A DNA stretch of 64,000 nucleotides from Utricularia gibba (GCA_002189035.1 CM007992.1:1116001-1180000), one strand, 5' to 3'; positions 49,830 to 60,659 are shown, counted from the stretch's first letter. Program-made: numbers and translations. The notes: generated by a model not told the origin, from the sequence alone.

Positions 49830-52800
49830 CTAGCCGATAGGTTTTGGCTTTGCAGTTGTGTAGACAAATTTCCTCAAGTCCGTGTCACCAGTAGTGCTGC
49901 TGCATTTGAAACGGGGACGTAACATGAGAAAAGAGTGTTGGGGGCAGGCAGCTGATGTTGCAAATGGAGGATTCATCAGACGTTTTACCTTCTCATGGAG
50001 TTGCTGTTCTTTATATCTTTGAAAGGAGCACGAAGTCCGCTAGCACGGCAACCGGATGTATTGTATGTGTACGAGGACAGCATAGAGATGAACTTGTCCA
50101 TTGATTTGGCAGCAATATTGCTGTAACTTCCCAGATGGCCAATGTTGCACCCAAACTTCTCTTCAGATTTTCCATCTTCTTCAAGATCGGAAAAGCACGT
50201 TTCTGAAGAAGAAAAATGATTTATCATTTATCAGCTGAGATTTTCAAGGCAGAAACAATGTGGAATCACGAGCGAATGCTATTGGTATAGAGCAGGAAAA
50301 TGTAAGTTCCGAGGCAAGCTAGGAAGTTACCTGAAGATAAGCTGTCGATTTTTGTGAGATGGGGGAGTTTACCTGACGACAAGCCATCGGTTTTTGAGCC
50401 ATCCTGAACTCAGTGAATAAAATTAAGGTGCGCATTTGAAGAGTCAACGCAGAAACCAATAATCATGGATTGATTGGATAATACAGATTAGATGCAAAGC
50501 TAGCACTTACTTTCGGGATTTCAGCTTCAGAGTTCTTCCTTTTCTTCGTCCCATGCCCTGATCCACACTTACTGCTAGGTTTGTTATCGGCGCCCTTTCC
50601 GTCGTCATCATCTGAAATCTCCTCAGAGTGCGGACTGCTGAGGAGGTCATTTGGATTCCCAAACTCTGTTTTGCAGAATCCATCTTCTGGTTTCTTCAAA
50701 AGAATTGGATTTATCCATGAGCAATGATTAGCCTCACCTTTATCATTCTGCTGAATGATCTCTTGAAAGTTCCCACCAGGGATGGTAATACTTTTCTCCT
50801 CTTTTTCAGTTATCTCACCATCTAAATAGCTCTCTTTGTCCTTATTTTCTTTTCCATCTGTCTCTGAGTTCTTCATGAAATAACAACTTCTGATAATCCC
50901 ATTTTTATTTCTTGATGATCTCGTGCTATTTTGTTGCTTTGAATCAATATCCCCTTGCACCGAAATGTACGGCTTGGAGGATAGCCTTGACAGCATCGTG
51001 CAACGTCTCATCTTGGTGCAACTGCTATCTTCATTTTCCTTGTCTGATCCTATATGAAAAAAAAAAAAAATGCCATCTAGCGAATACAAGATCGGCTGAA
51101 TGAGGAAACAGTCTTACCATGATCACTTGGTTCAGCAGGTTCTTTGTCATTGGCATCAGAAACATGATTAAGCTAAATTCAAAAATACCCAAAAAGAAGA
51201 AAAAAAAGTGTCACGCTGGAGAGGCTATTGACTGGAATTCAGCTAACCGATTAAGACTAACCTTAAGAGTACTTATGCTCGTGATGGAAGTTTTCTTGCT
51301 TTCATGTTGATGCTTTCGAAGAGTCTTGGATACGCCCTTTGCCTCCAGTGAAGCAACACCTTACATGTCAAGGGAAAGAACGGCTTTTTTCCATATTTCA
51401 ATCATAAAAATGGCATTCATGCAAACTTGTTCTGGTTTTTCTGAGAACTGCATTCACCAATTCTTCTGATTCAGATAAATGCGTTGAGCCAAAATAGTTT
51501 GCGTTTCCCAAGGTTAGATAGATTTCATAGCATGTAGTAACTGGAAATATTAAGGAATGAAGAGGATAACGCATTCCGCAATGTTGAAGGATACAAAAGT
51601 AGTTGGTTAGGAGATTTCTCTGTGCAGGCAAATCTATCCTTTTCTTGTCTGCAGAAACCTTGATATTCTGGAAATTGTAACTTCCTTGGAGCTCTTCTAC
51701 ACATGCCCTGATTCCCTCTACATGAAAACACAAGAGCACCAAAAGATTATATAACACTGACCTTGGTTTTATTAAAAGTAATCATGTACCTGTAATGGAA
51801 CTCCAGTAAAGGGATCAAGGTCTCCAATTGCTATACCTCTAGCGACATGCCGAGGCAAAGATGTGATTTCAGTTAAGGTATTACTTTTATGTAAGTGAAA
51901 TCACCAAAGAACTGCACATGAAAATTATGTACAGTGTAAAAGGATATGGGCCTAAGAAGTACAAGTCTTCACCACTGATATCCACAGGCTGGGAAAGATG
52001 TACAATATCTTCGGTAGCAGCATCATAAACTCGCTGATGCCTAAATGTCAAAATAGCCTTCTTGAAAGATTCTGAATAAAGTGGCATCACACCGACGCCG
52101 CTATAATGCAAATGCTTGATAACCTGAGAAAGAAAATGAAAACTGCAAGGTCAAATTTTACTACTAAAATGTAAAAATCATTAATTAGCACCCACGGAAC
52201 CGATGCTGACTTTATCATGACATTTAAATTTCTTGATCAAAGCATGTGCTCTTTTTAAGCCCATTCCTGGCAACGACTGTAGATAGTCACAACCGCTTAG
52301 AATGCACATCTCAAGAAACATCATCTGAGTGAAACCAGATAGATGGAGATCTTTATTATGTTGTAGGCGGACATTCTTGAACTCAACACCATGCCCAAAT
52401 TTATCCATTTTGTATATGATCTGCAGGCACAAGACATCCACCATGAGCAGAATATTTGGTTGTGATTAGTGAGGCTTAAAGCTCTTCTTCTAAATTTAAA
52501 TTCTCAATAAGCTTTAGTACCGCAAAAAACCCTCAGTTTATTCTAGTCATTCCAATCTACATGTATTCAGAAAAAAGCAGACATCAGATTCCTACGGAAA
52601 ATCCAGGGACTTCTTGAAAACATGCATAATAGTCGGGAAAAAGAGCCTTAGAAAATAGAGCAGAACATATAAGTTTACTGATCTAGAGACAGAAAATTGA
52701 ACCACAATGCTCACTCTGGGCAACCGAATGGGATCAAGTCAGAGTCTTCTGTAATGACTGCCTCAACTTGGTTGTTTATGGCCAGAAAGGCCATTTGCGC

Positions 52801-53740
52801 ATCAGCCTCATAAGGAGCGACAACATAAGAGACGTTTTCTTGCTTCAAAACCTGTAAAATACACAAAATGCCTTTTTTTTAACAGGAAAATTGATTCCAA
52901 TACAAATATTAACACGTCGTTTCTACTGATAAAAAAGAAAATTAACACATTGCTTCTAATGAACAAAGCTGTAGTACCTGAATAAGATCGTAGGCAACTG
53001 AAGGTGAAATATCAACAGCTTTTTGGTAGCATTCATGAGCAGCACTTAAATTCCCATTGGATTCATGCTCCATAGCTCTTGAGAGATTTTCGGTCCTAGA
53101 CCTGCAAGGTAGACATTGAACGACATGGTTTAAAAATCATATATATCATACACATCTTTTTCTTCTGTTTGACAACCAATGTACCACACTCCCCATAGTT
53201 GACATTCTTATCTCGAAAGCAGATAGGTATGAAATCGCATTAATTAGCAAGACAACATCGAATGAGAACCTTGCTCTTTTGGCCTCTTGTTCACTCTTCA
53301 TTGGTAGAGAACCTCCATCAAAAACAAGAATAGGTTTAATCCCATAATGCCGAAGCATATTCACCCTATGCATGCAGTATTCAATATGCCTGGAAAGAGG
53401 GAGAAGGCATCAACAACAAAAATGTAAAATGTGGTAAGCAAAATCTAAGCTGATGATTCTACAAATTCCACCTTTCCGGAAATCCCACATTTTCCAGTGC
53501 AAAAGCAATGAAATGCATTCAAGAAAACACCAGAAACAATCAATGGAAATAACAAGTACACAAAAAACCAGAGCTGTACTTAGTGGTGGGTTGGCCTTTA
53601 CACAGCTCTGTACTGCAAGAAAAGGCTCCCTTGTGCAGCCAAGAATACGCATCCACGGCTACAGAACATCCCTCCAGCTCCTTAACGTGAATCGGATTCA
53701 TTATCGATTTCAGAAGCGGTAAAAGCCCTGGTATTCCCAT
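49830..53740 (-). CDS. EXO1: Exonuclease 1 (XPG/Rad2 family), multi-exon, two U12 introns, one or two apparent 1-nt losses
   Basis: MGIPGLLPLLK, VAVDAYSWLHKG, LVFDGGSLPMK, VAPYEADAQMA, TEDSDLIPFG, ILSGCDYLQSLPGMGLK, GIAIGDLDP, RASGLRAPFKD. The last exon 49899-49830 (STTGDTDLRKFVY...PIG*) follows an 89-nt intron, so the stop at 49985 in the ORF track is intronic. Frame break at the G run 52718-52720. Confidence 0.93.
51360..51594 (-). other. U12-type GT-AG intron in EXO1 (235 nt)
   Basis: 5' end GTATCCTTC. Branch-site-like TTCCCTTGAC lies 7 nt before the terminal AAG acceptor. Splicing restores NYF|CVASLEAK. Confidence 0.82.
51863..51947 (-). other. U12-type AT-AC intron in EXO1 (85 nt)
   Basis: 5' end ATATCCTTTT. 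Branch site ACCTTAAC, then TGAAATCAC at the 3' end. Splicing gives YFLGP|SLPRHVARGIAIGDLDP in frame. I found no GT-AG alternative. Confidence 0.92.
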
Positions 53741-53896
53741 CTCTGTATTTCGCTCCCAATTCTACAAATCACAAAACTGAATTCATTCCATTACAGCAAA
53801 ACCTAAAATCAGAACACACCCTAATATCGAAATCACCACAGTTCCCGCTCTCGAATCCAGAGTGAAATTCAATAGCCCCCGTATCCAGAAGAAGCG

Positions 53897-53923
53897 ACGC
53901 GTATCAGAAAATTGGCGGGAAAA
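53897..53923 (-). promoter_or_regulatory. E2F site and ACGCGT motif in the EXO1 leader/proximal promoter
   Basis: TTTTCCCGCC on the minus strand at 53914-53923 and ACGCGT at 53897-53902. Site II-like GGGCY motifs follow at 53978-54030. Confidence 0.65.
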
Positions 53924-55550
53924 GATCCATTTCGCAAGTCGTCGTCGTCTATCAACTCTCGACTCCACTAATGGACTTGGGCCGTGCTCAATTCAAAGCA
54001 TTCGGGCTGGCCTGCATTTTCCGGCCCACTAAACCCTCCTCATCTCCCATCCAAAATGCTCTTTTCAAATCTATTTCATATTCAAAAGTGAAAATTGGTC
54101 TGAAATCTTATAATAATAAAAATACAATCATGTTCAACTATGCAAACACAAAATTATTTTATAATTTTTCTTCAAATTGAACATCTAATGGAATTAAAAT
54201 TCAGAAAAATACAATGTTTAAATATTATTAAAATTATAAATTTTAACTATTATTATGTTGATACTATTAAAAATAATACAATTTTAATTAAGAGTATCAA
54301 TTTAATTTTTTTTTCAAATCGACACAAATAATTACTTTTTTATCTATAACAGGATTATTAATTACGGAGGCACTTTCAAAATATATTTTTCAAAAAAATT
54401 AATTTTATTTTCATATTGTTAATTTTGATAATCTATTGTCTATTTTGAAGACAATATCTATTTTTATTTATGATATTATCTATTTTGAATATCTAATTCT
54501 CATGATTTACATTTTTATTTACGAATAAAAATATCTAGTATAATATTAAAATGGTTTTGTTACTTAAGCAAACTTAAGTATAATTATTTATAAAAAAAGT
54601 ATAACTGTAATTGTAATTTTAAAATCATTTTTCAAAAATTAATTTTCATTAAGAATCTATTATCTCATACTTCTTATAGAATTTACGTGATTATACAAAA
54701 TTAATTCTTGTATAATATAATTTAATATAGTTTGGAAAATAGATAAATGATTCTGGGAATATCTATAATAGTTTTCATAAATTTGAAGTCTCAAGTCACT
54801 TTTAATATTTTAGAAAATCTGATTATTAAATTTTTATTTTTTTTACAATCATTTATTTAATACAAATTATTTTCAAAAACCTGAAATATCTATCTTTTTT
54901 GTACTCATTTTAATAGATTTCCATAATGAAAATGAAAATTTAATTCAATAGAAATTCGGAAACAAAATTACATTTATACAAGAATTTTTGAAAATCTAAT
55001 AAACGAAATGAAAGTGGTACGTATAATTTCGTGGAAGCCATTGAAGATGCTATGATAGAATTGATTCTCAGGATTTTAGACCGTTAAGTTTGGTAGTTAA
55101 TGTTGCATACGGATTCTCCTTCTCTCTCAATACACGTCCACAAAATGATGCGTGGCTCAAGAATGAACTACAGAGGATAAGAAGAGCCTCCCAGAAGCCT
55201 GAGAATGAGTGGATGGCTGCCAAAGCTCCAACAAACACTCACGTGGAGTTATCAGACAACCAACCAGCACGTGATTGAGCAGTTAAGTGCCTATTTTTTA
55301 TTTTCAAAAAGTTTCCGGAATAAAAATCTTTTTTTTGTCCTTTCATACTTTTATGTATTTTTTTGTTAATATAATATAAAAAATAGTTGGTATCGTGTGT
55401 GTTTATTGAGGATCTTTTATAAACACGATCATATTTTCTTTGTATTTAACACATTAAGAATAAATTTTTAAATGATTATTCTCCAAAAATCTAATACACA
55501 CTTTTATTGATTCACATAGAAAAGTGTGCCTGCAGAGGACCATGATTTTA

Positions 55551-56956
55551 CTATCGAGTTATATGAGCAACAAATGATTCCATCTCCACACGAGATGCGC
55601 CACCAGGCCCTGTTGCCTCTTTGATTCTGCTTGCTAACTCTTCTGCGCTGTTCCTCAGCCTGAGCCCTTCTTCTCCTGGATTCATCAGTCTTTTTACAGC
55701 ATTCTCTATGGCGGACTGCCCCACTATCTCTTCCCTCCGGCTCCAATCCCTCACAATCAACCCGACTTTCAGTAGATCTGTGACGAAGGTGGAGTTTATC
55801 GGCTGGTCGGAATGCATTGGCCACGCAGCAATGGGCACTCCGGCGGTGATGCTCTCCATGCAGGAGTTCCAGCCGCAGTGGCTCATGAACCCCCAGTTGA
55901 TGGGTGCCTCAGAATCTCTTTCTGCGGCGCCCAGTCCCTCACCACCAGCCCCACTCCCTTTACCCGCCCTTCGAACCCTTCCGGCAGCTCGGCTCTCCGG
56001 ATTTGCTCGTCGAAGATGTTGGCTTTGTCAGCGTCTCTGAGCACCCAGAGGAACTTCACCTTGCTGTTTTCCAGCCCGAATGCTATTTCCTTTATCTGGT
56101 CATTGGACAGGGAAGTGGTGGTTCCGAATGACACATAGATGACAGACTTTGGTTCTTGTTTGTCCAGCCATTGGAGACATTTATGCGGAGTTTCTGCTGA
56201 TGGAGAATGGGATAGCATTGAAACTACCGGCCCTATCGCCCATATCTTCCTTTTCTTCTGAGTTCCCTTTTCTAATATGGACAAAAACTCATCCTCTATC
56301 GGCCGGCAGCTATTGTAGATGTAACCAGAGTTGATTTCCATGTAGTTTTTGTGCTCAGCCATGAAATCCATCACCCCTTCTGATAAACACCCATCGAAGC
56401 TCGGAATCTTGGGGCAATTTCTGGGAAGCGGTATCCCGAGTTTATTCGAGTAGAAAAAGACATCGAAAAAAGCAGGGACACAGTTGTAGACATAGGATTC
56501 AGCATTTCCGATAGCTGCAACATCTTGCACCATTGCAGTCACTGCATAGTCATGAACAACAACAACTCTAGAGTATTTCCTTGACATATCTGTTAGATAC
56601 TCCCCGAAGGGGTGTCTTAAGCTCAGCATCGCGTACCAGCAAGGGATGAGATGCGCCGGGAACTTGATGCTCGAGTCTGGATCAGGTGGAGGAGAATCAA
56701 AGGGTGGAAAGGGTAGGTCGTGAAAATTGATCTTCTTCGCTTCGATTCCGGTGTACCGGAGTTTTGCTTGGCGGTTGTGGATCTCGGACCCAACGTAGAA
56801 GACGGGAAAGCCATAGGAGGATAGGAGACAGGCAAATTGAAGCAGCTGGTTCAGGTGGCCTTGTGCTTGGAACGGCACAACGAGCAAAGCAACCTGTTCT
56901 CTGTTAGCACCAGTAGCAGCACCACCGGGACGGGCTGAATTCTCCAAGCCCTCCAT
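55551..56956 (-). CDS. UDP-glycosyltransferase, zeatin O-glucosyltransferase-like (UGT93), intronless, with an apparent 1-nt frameshift
   Basis: VVPFQAQGHLNQLLQ carries the catalytic His. The PSPG box WAPQKEILRHPSTGG[F]MSHCGWNSCMESITAGVPIAAWPMHSDQ is split between two ORFs at the C run 55890-55894. Adding one base gives 468 aa from the ATG at 56956. Confidence 0.9.
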
Positions 56957-58486
56957 CGGAAGAGGGTGTTGCAGTGAAGCAGTCACCGTCGTCTATTTTA
57001 TAGATACCCAAAATGTCATTTTTCCAACTCCCAGAAGCTTGAAAACGAAGCCCTGCTTCGAGAAAGCGTGACCAGACACCTCACAAGGAGAAAACTATGC
57101 AGGAAAGCGAAGGCAACTGTGACCCCTACACAAAATAACATTAATTTTCATAAATATTAATATTTTAAGTGTCTAAAACTTAATAGTTGGAACTTGGGGT
57201 GTGTCATGTTTTATATAAATTCATATATACGATATACGCATTTACAGATACATATACAGATTCATATTGATGTATCCAATAATTTTTTATTAAAAAATTA
57301 TAAAATAAGAAAAATATATAAAAATATACATAAAAATATTATTATTCAATAATCTAATTCAATTTTACAATCATAATTTTATTTTATTAATGACTGTATG
57401 GATTATCTTTTTTTCATTGAAATTAAAATTATGTTATTCGTTAATATTAATATTAATATTTTTTATATTAGATTTCTCTTTTAAATATTTATTACTATAA
57501 TATTTAAATATTTACATATTGATTTAATATTTTATTATTAATTAATTAAATTTAAAATTTTATATGCCAAGTTAATTATTTTTTTATAATATAATTTTAT
57601 TTTTAAATATTAAAATTTTCAAAAATTAAATAGAATTATTTTAAGAAATTATGAAAATAAAACAATTCCTAGAATGATTGACCTAAACCTAGATTCAAAT
57701 CCAACTATTCATCATCCCAAATGATTCATACACCAAAAAACAAGTTAATTATTTGTTACTTAATTCATGTTTTAATCGATTCAATTTGAATTCATGATTT
57801 TTTTTAAGTATGAGTTTCATACCATTTAAAAAAAATTAAAAATATTATATTAGATAAATATTTTCATTTTTTCATAATATATTAACGCTAAATTAAGTCC
57901 AATTTGTCTAATTATGAAAAAATTCAACCCACAAAATAATTAACAGCACCTAACCAGTACTAGCGCACGAGTAGGGATACTTGTGAGTAGAGGTGGGCAT
58001 GTGCCGTGTGCCAAATGCGTGACCAGGGGCTTGAGATCATAAATCCAGTAGCCGTGAAGACAATGTGACCTACAAGTCCAACATAATCAATATCCCTGCC
58101 TCCACAGAAATGCATATTAGTGATTCTTGAATTAGAAATGTGATCATGTGTTAGAGAAAATTATTTACTCATAGTATAAATTTTTTAACTTAATATGTGA
58201 AATATAATGTAAGGATGATTATTTTTCTAAATGATCCATAAAAAGACATATTCAGTGCAAGAAAGATCATGAGCACTAGCTCTGAATTATAAGGACAAGT
58301 AGAGTTGGAAGATGAAGGGGCGCTACCAGCCTCCAACATCTATCTACATGCATCCCAGAATGCAGAGGGGCTTTGGAATCCACTGCATGTTTTACCTAGT
58401 GACGCTTCAGTTCTGCATGCCCTTTGGAATCCGCTGCTGTTGCAAGTATAAAGGAGACTGAAGAGGCAAGCCTGAAGGAAAATGAA

Positions 58487-59705
58487 ATGGATTCTGCAGG
58501 GGGAAGGGAGGGATCCAAAGAAGAAACTTCACATTACTCTGAAGGTTCATTGCACTCATTGGTATAGCTAGTTATGCTTGACAGAAAGCACAATGAGGAC
58601 TTACATGGGTATCATATTCTGTGCAGATTCTGAAGCAGCGGATGATGAAAGGGTTCCAGGGGAGAAGAATCACCAACCACAGGGCGCAGTGGTGTTGGAA
58701 GGAAACAAGATGATGGTGGATGGTATGAGCTTGAGCAAGAGTCGCGTGGCAGTTGAGTTCCTGAAACAAACTGGCATTTTGTTTCTCTTCAGTTATGTGG
58801 CAGAATTGCTGATTCGCCCGACGGTAGTTGCAGAAAGAGTGTCGGGGCATGTTGACAGGAATCCCCGCACACATGTTATAGAGGTTTTGGACTCTGATGA
58901 GGAAGACGGGGAGACTGGACAACTTGAAAACTCGAAAAGCCGAAATTCATCGCGTTCCCAAATGCACAGCATTGGGAGTGATGGAACAGAGGGTGATCAT
59001 TACGAGAGTATTGCTCCAGCTACAGGATCAAAGGGCAAATTTTTTGGCTCCTTCTCTGGAAAATCATCGGATCTTCTAAGCAAAATACAGTTAGATGGCA
59101 TCGGTTTTGCTGGTTTAGTTCCAGTGTCTAAGGAGATCCCAAGTGAACCCTGAGAGGAGAAGCAAAAGAGATTTCTCAGGTGCGTGATGACACATTTGAA
59201 TTAGCAGACGACATGGCATTGACATGCTAGAAATCTAATGTGTATCATTGTCCAAATGCATCATTTCACAAGGATGGCACATTGGAAGATCAACAAAGGG
59301 ATGCATTGCAACAAGCTTACAATCTTAAAAATGCAACCCCTGTTCAGCACATCCTGGGCTTGCAGCCAAACCAGAAGTTTCTCAGTTGACCCCCTGTTCA
59401 GCACATCCTGGACTTGCAGCGACCCCAGAAATTTCTCGGGTGACCCCTGTTCAGCACATCCTGTCCTTGCAGCGAAACAAGAAGTTTCGCAGGTGACCCC
59501 TTGTTCAGCACATCCTGGGCTTGCAGCGAAACCAGAAGTTTCTCAGGTGATGTGTAATTCTTCCCTGTGAACTCACGGGCTATAAAACTTCTAACAATTT
59601 GTTCCCTCTATTATGCTCCAGCCTCTACTAACGCCAGCTCATGAAATGGCAACATCCTGGAAGGGCTGCTGCGGGTTATTTAAATTGTTCTCCAGATCCA
59701 AATGA
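58487..59705 (+). CDS. Uncharacterised acidic/disordered protein with four 18-aa repeats and C-terminal W-x-G-C-C-G-L-F motif (inferred spliced model)
   Basis: Phase-consistent GT-AG model: exons 58487-58544, 58627-58722, 58804-59179, 59273-59546, 59622-59705; ends PLLTPAHEMATSWKGCCGLFKLFSRSK*. It needs three single C restorations (59148-50, 59337-40, 59444-47), giving 296 aa. The start codon and the 81-nt second intron are uncertain. Confidence 0.62.
59336..59550 (+). repeat. Tandem repeat, four units of 53-54 bp
   Basis: Unit ACCCC(C/T)TGTTCAGCACATCCTGGGCTTGCAGCGAAACCAGAAGTTTCTCAGGTG, translating as TPCSAHPGLAAKPEVSQV. Confidence 0.95.
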
Positions 59706-59937
59706 TTCCAAGATTGGCTAGATTGGCTATATTTCCTTGCCTCCTTTTCGAACATTTGTTTCCAAAAAACCTTTCTTCACTGTCAAGACGTAAGTTCATT
59801 GCAATTGCTTTCCTTTTCCTTTATCTGAGGGAGACTCCTTGCTGTAAACAGTTGCCTCAGACCAAAAGACTCATGAAGACAAAAATAGAGTGAAACACAG
59901 CATAGCGTTGGGAAACATATGAGAACATACGGTTTAA

Positions 59938-60072
59938 ACATGTAAGCAGTATTCTTGTAACAGAAAGTAAAAAGCAATTCATGTCGCAAGCACTGTTGAT
60001 TTTTGTATGCCCCCTTAACGAAATGACCAGAAACAAAATATTCTAGACGTAGCATTTCATAGGCAGTACAAA
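59938..60072 (-). ncRNA. Box H/ACA snoRNA (probably the snoR5 position of the plant U31-U33-U51 cluster)
   Basis: Hairpin 1 (UGCC/GGCA, AUGAAAUG/CAUUUCGU, CUAGAA/UUCUGG). ANANNA hinge at 60006-59997. Hairpin 2 (CAGUG/UACUG, CUUG/CAAG, GACA/UGUU). ACA at 59943-59941. About 135 nt; target not assigned. Confidence 0.7.
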
Positions 60073-60123
60073 TGTTACTGATGAGAAGAGTAAACTGAAA
60101 TGAATATCAACCGTAAGAAAGAA

Positions 60124-60212
60124 GCAACCTCAGCCGAAAGATGGTGAATTGTTTTTTGTCATAATCACAGTTGGTAAAACTCATGTTTCTCCAACATTTC
60201 ATCATCGATTGC
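60124..60212 (-). ncRNA. U51: Box C/D snoRNA U51 / snR39-like (25S rRNA, yeast Am807-equivalent)
   Basis: Box C AUGAUGA at 60205-60199, box D CUGA at 60133-60130, terminal stem GCAAUC/GGUUGC. The guide UUCACCAUCUUUCGG is complementary to conserved LSU rRNA CCGAAAGAUGGUGAA, and the +5 rule points to the second A of GAAA. Confidence 0.92.
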
Positions 60213-60256
60213 TTCAAAGGGTAAAAACCCAAAGCTATAATGGTAAAAGAGCAACA

Positions 60257-60333
60257 GAGATCAGATGGTAGAGCATGATTTCAAATTCATCATTCACACA
60301 GAAGACATGGATGGGTGATTATCATCACACCTC
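60257..60333 (-). ncRNA. U33: Box C/D snoRNA U33 / snR55-like (18S rRNA Um)
   Basis: Box C GUGAUGA at 60328-60322, internal C' AUGAUGA, box D CUGA at 60264-60261, stem GAGG/UCUC. The guide CAUGCUCUACCAU pairs with SSU rRNA GUGGUGGUGCAUG with one U-U mismatch. Confidence 0.85.
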
Positions 60334-60394
60334 CACCTCCCTCTCCAAAAACAGAAACCTTGTATTGAAGACGAACTATGAAGAAAGATCCAGA

Positions 60395-60482
60395 GGAATC
60401 AGATAAAAAATTGTCATTCACCAGATTACACCTGTTTTTAGATGCAAGTTAGACTGGGGCGACATGCATATCGTCATTTTCC
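60395..60482 (-). ncRNA. U31: Box C/D snoRNA U31 / snR67-like (25S rRNA Gm in ACUGGGGCG)
   Basis: Box C variant AUGACGA at 60477-60471, guide UGUCGCCCCAGU, D' variant CUAA, box D CUGA at 60402-60399, stem GGAA/UUCC. The guide pairs 12 nt (two G-U) with LSU rRNA ACUGGGGCGGUA. Confidence 0.87.
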
Positions 60483-60659
60483 ATTCACGCCAAGAACATT
60501 CTGGATAATCAAACGAAGAGGAGAAACAAACAACGCGGCTAACAGAAGTAATTCGTAATTTGGAAACTTCAAAACCTGTTCTTGCACAATCTGGTATCAG
60601 AGGACGCTAAATTCATACGAAGAAGTGAAGAGAAGAGATTCGCATACGCAGCAGTCCAC

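Noticed and set aside
55880-55900. Programmed -1 ribosomal frameshift joining the two UGT ORFs
   Set aside because: GGG GGT TCA does not fit an X XXY YYZ slippery heptamer, and the same one-base loss recurs in unrelated genes. Assembly error or mutation is simpler.
43070-56334. Long antisense ORFs over RraA, NIP1 and UGT (for example 43168-43521, 48030-48365, 55621-56040)
   Set aside because: They are shadow frames of GC-richer coding sequence and carry no independent motifs.
58578-59153. Stand-alone 191-aa ORF
   Set aside because: It starts at a non-ATG codon inside an inferred intron. It is better explained as part of the spliced 58487-59705 gene.
59336-59550. CRISPR-like array
   Set aside because: The units are contiguous with no unique spacers, the context is eukaryotic, and the repeat reads as a coding 18-aa unit.
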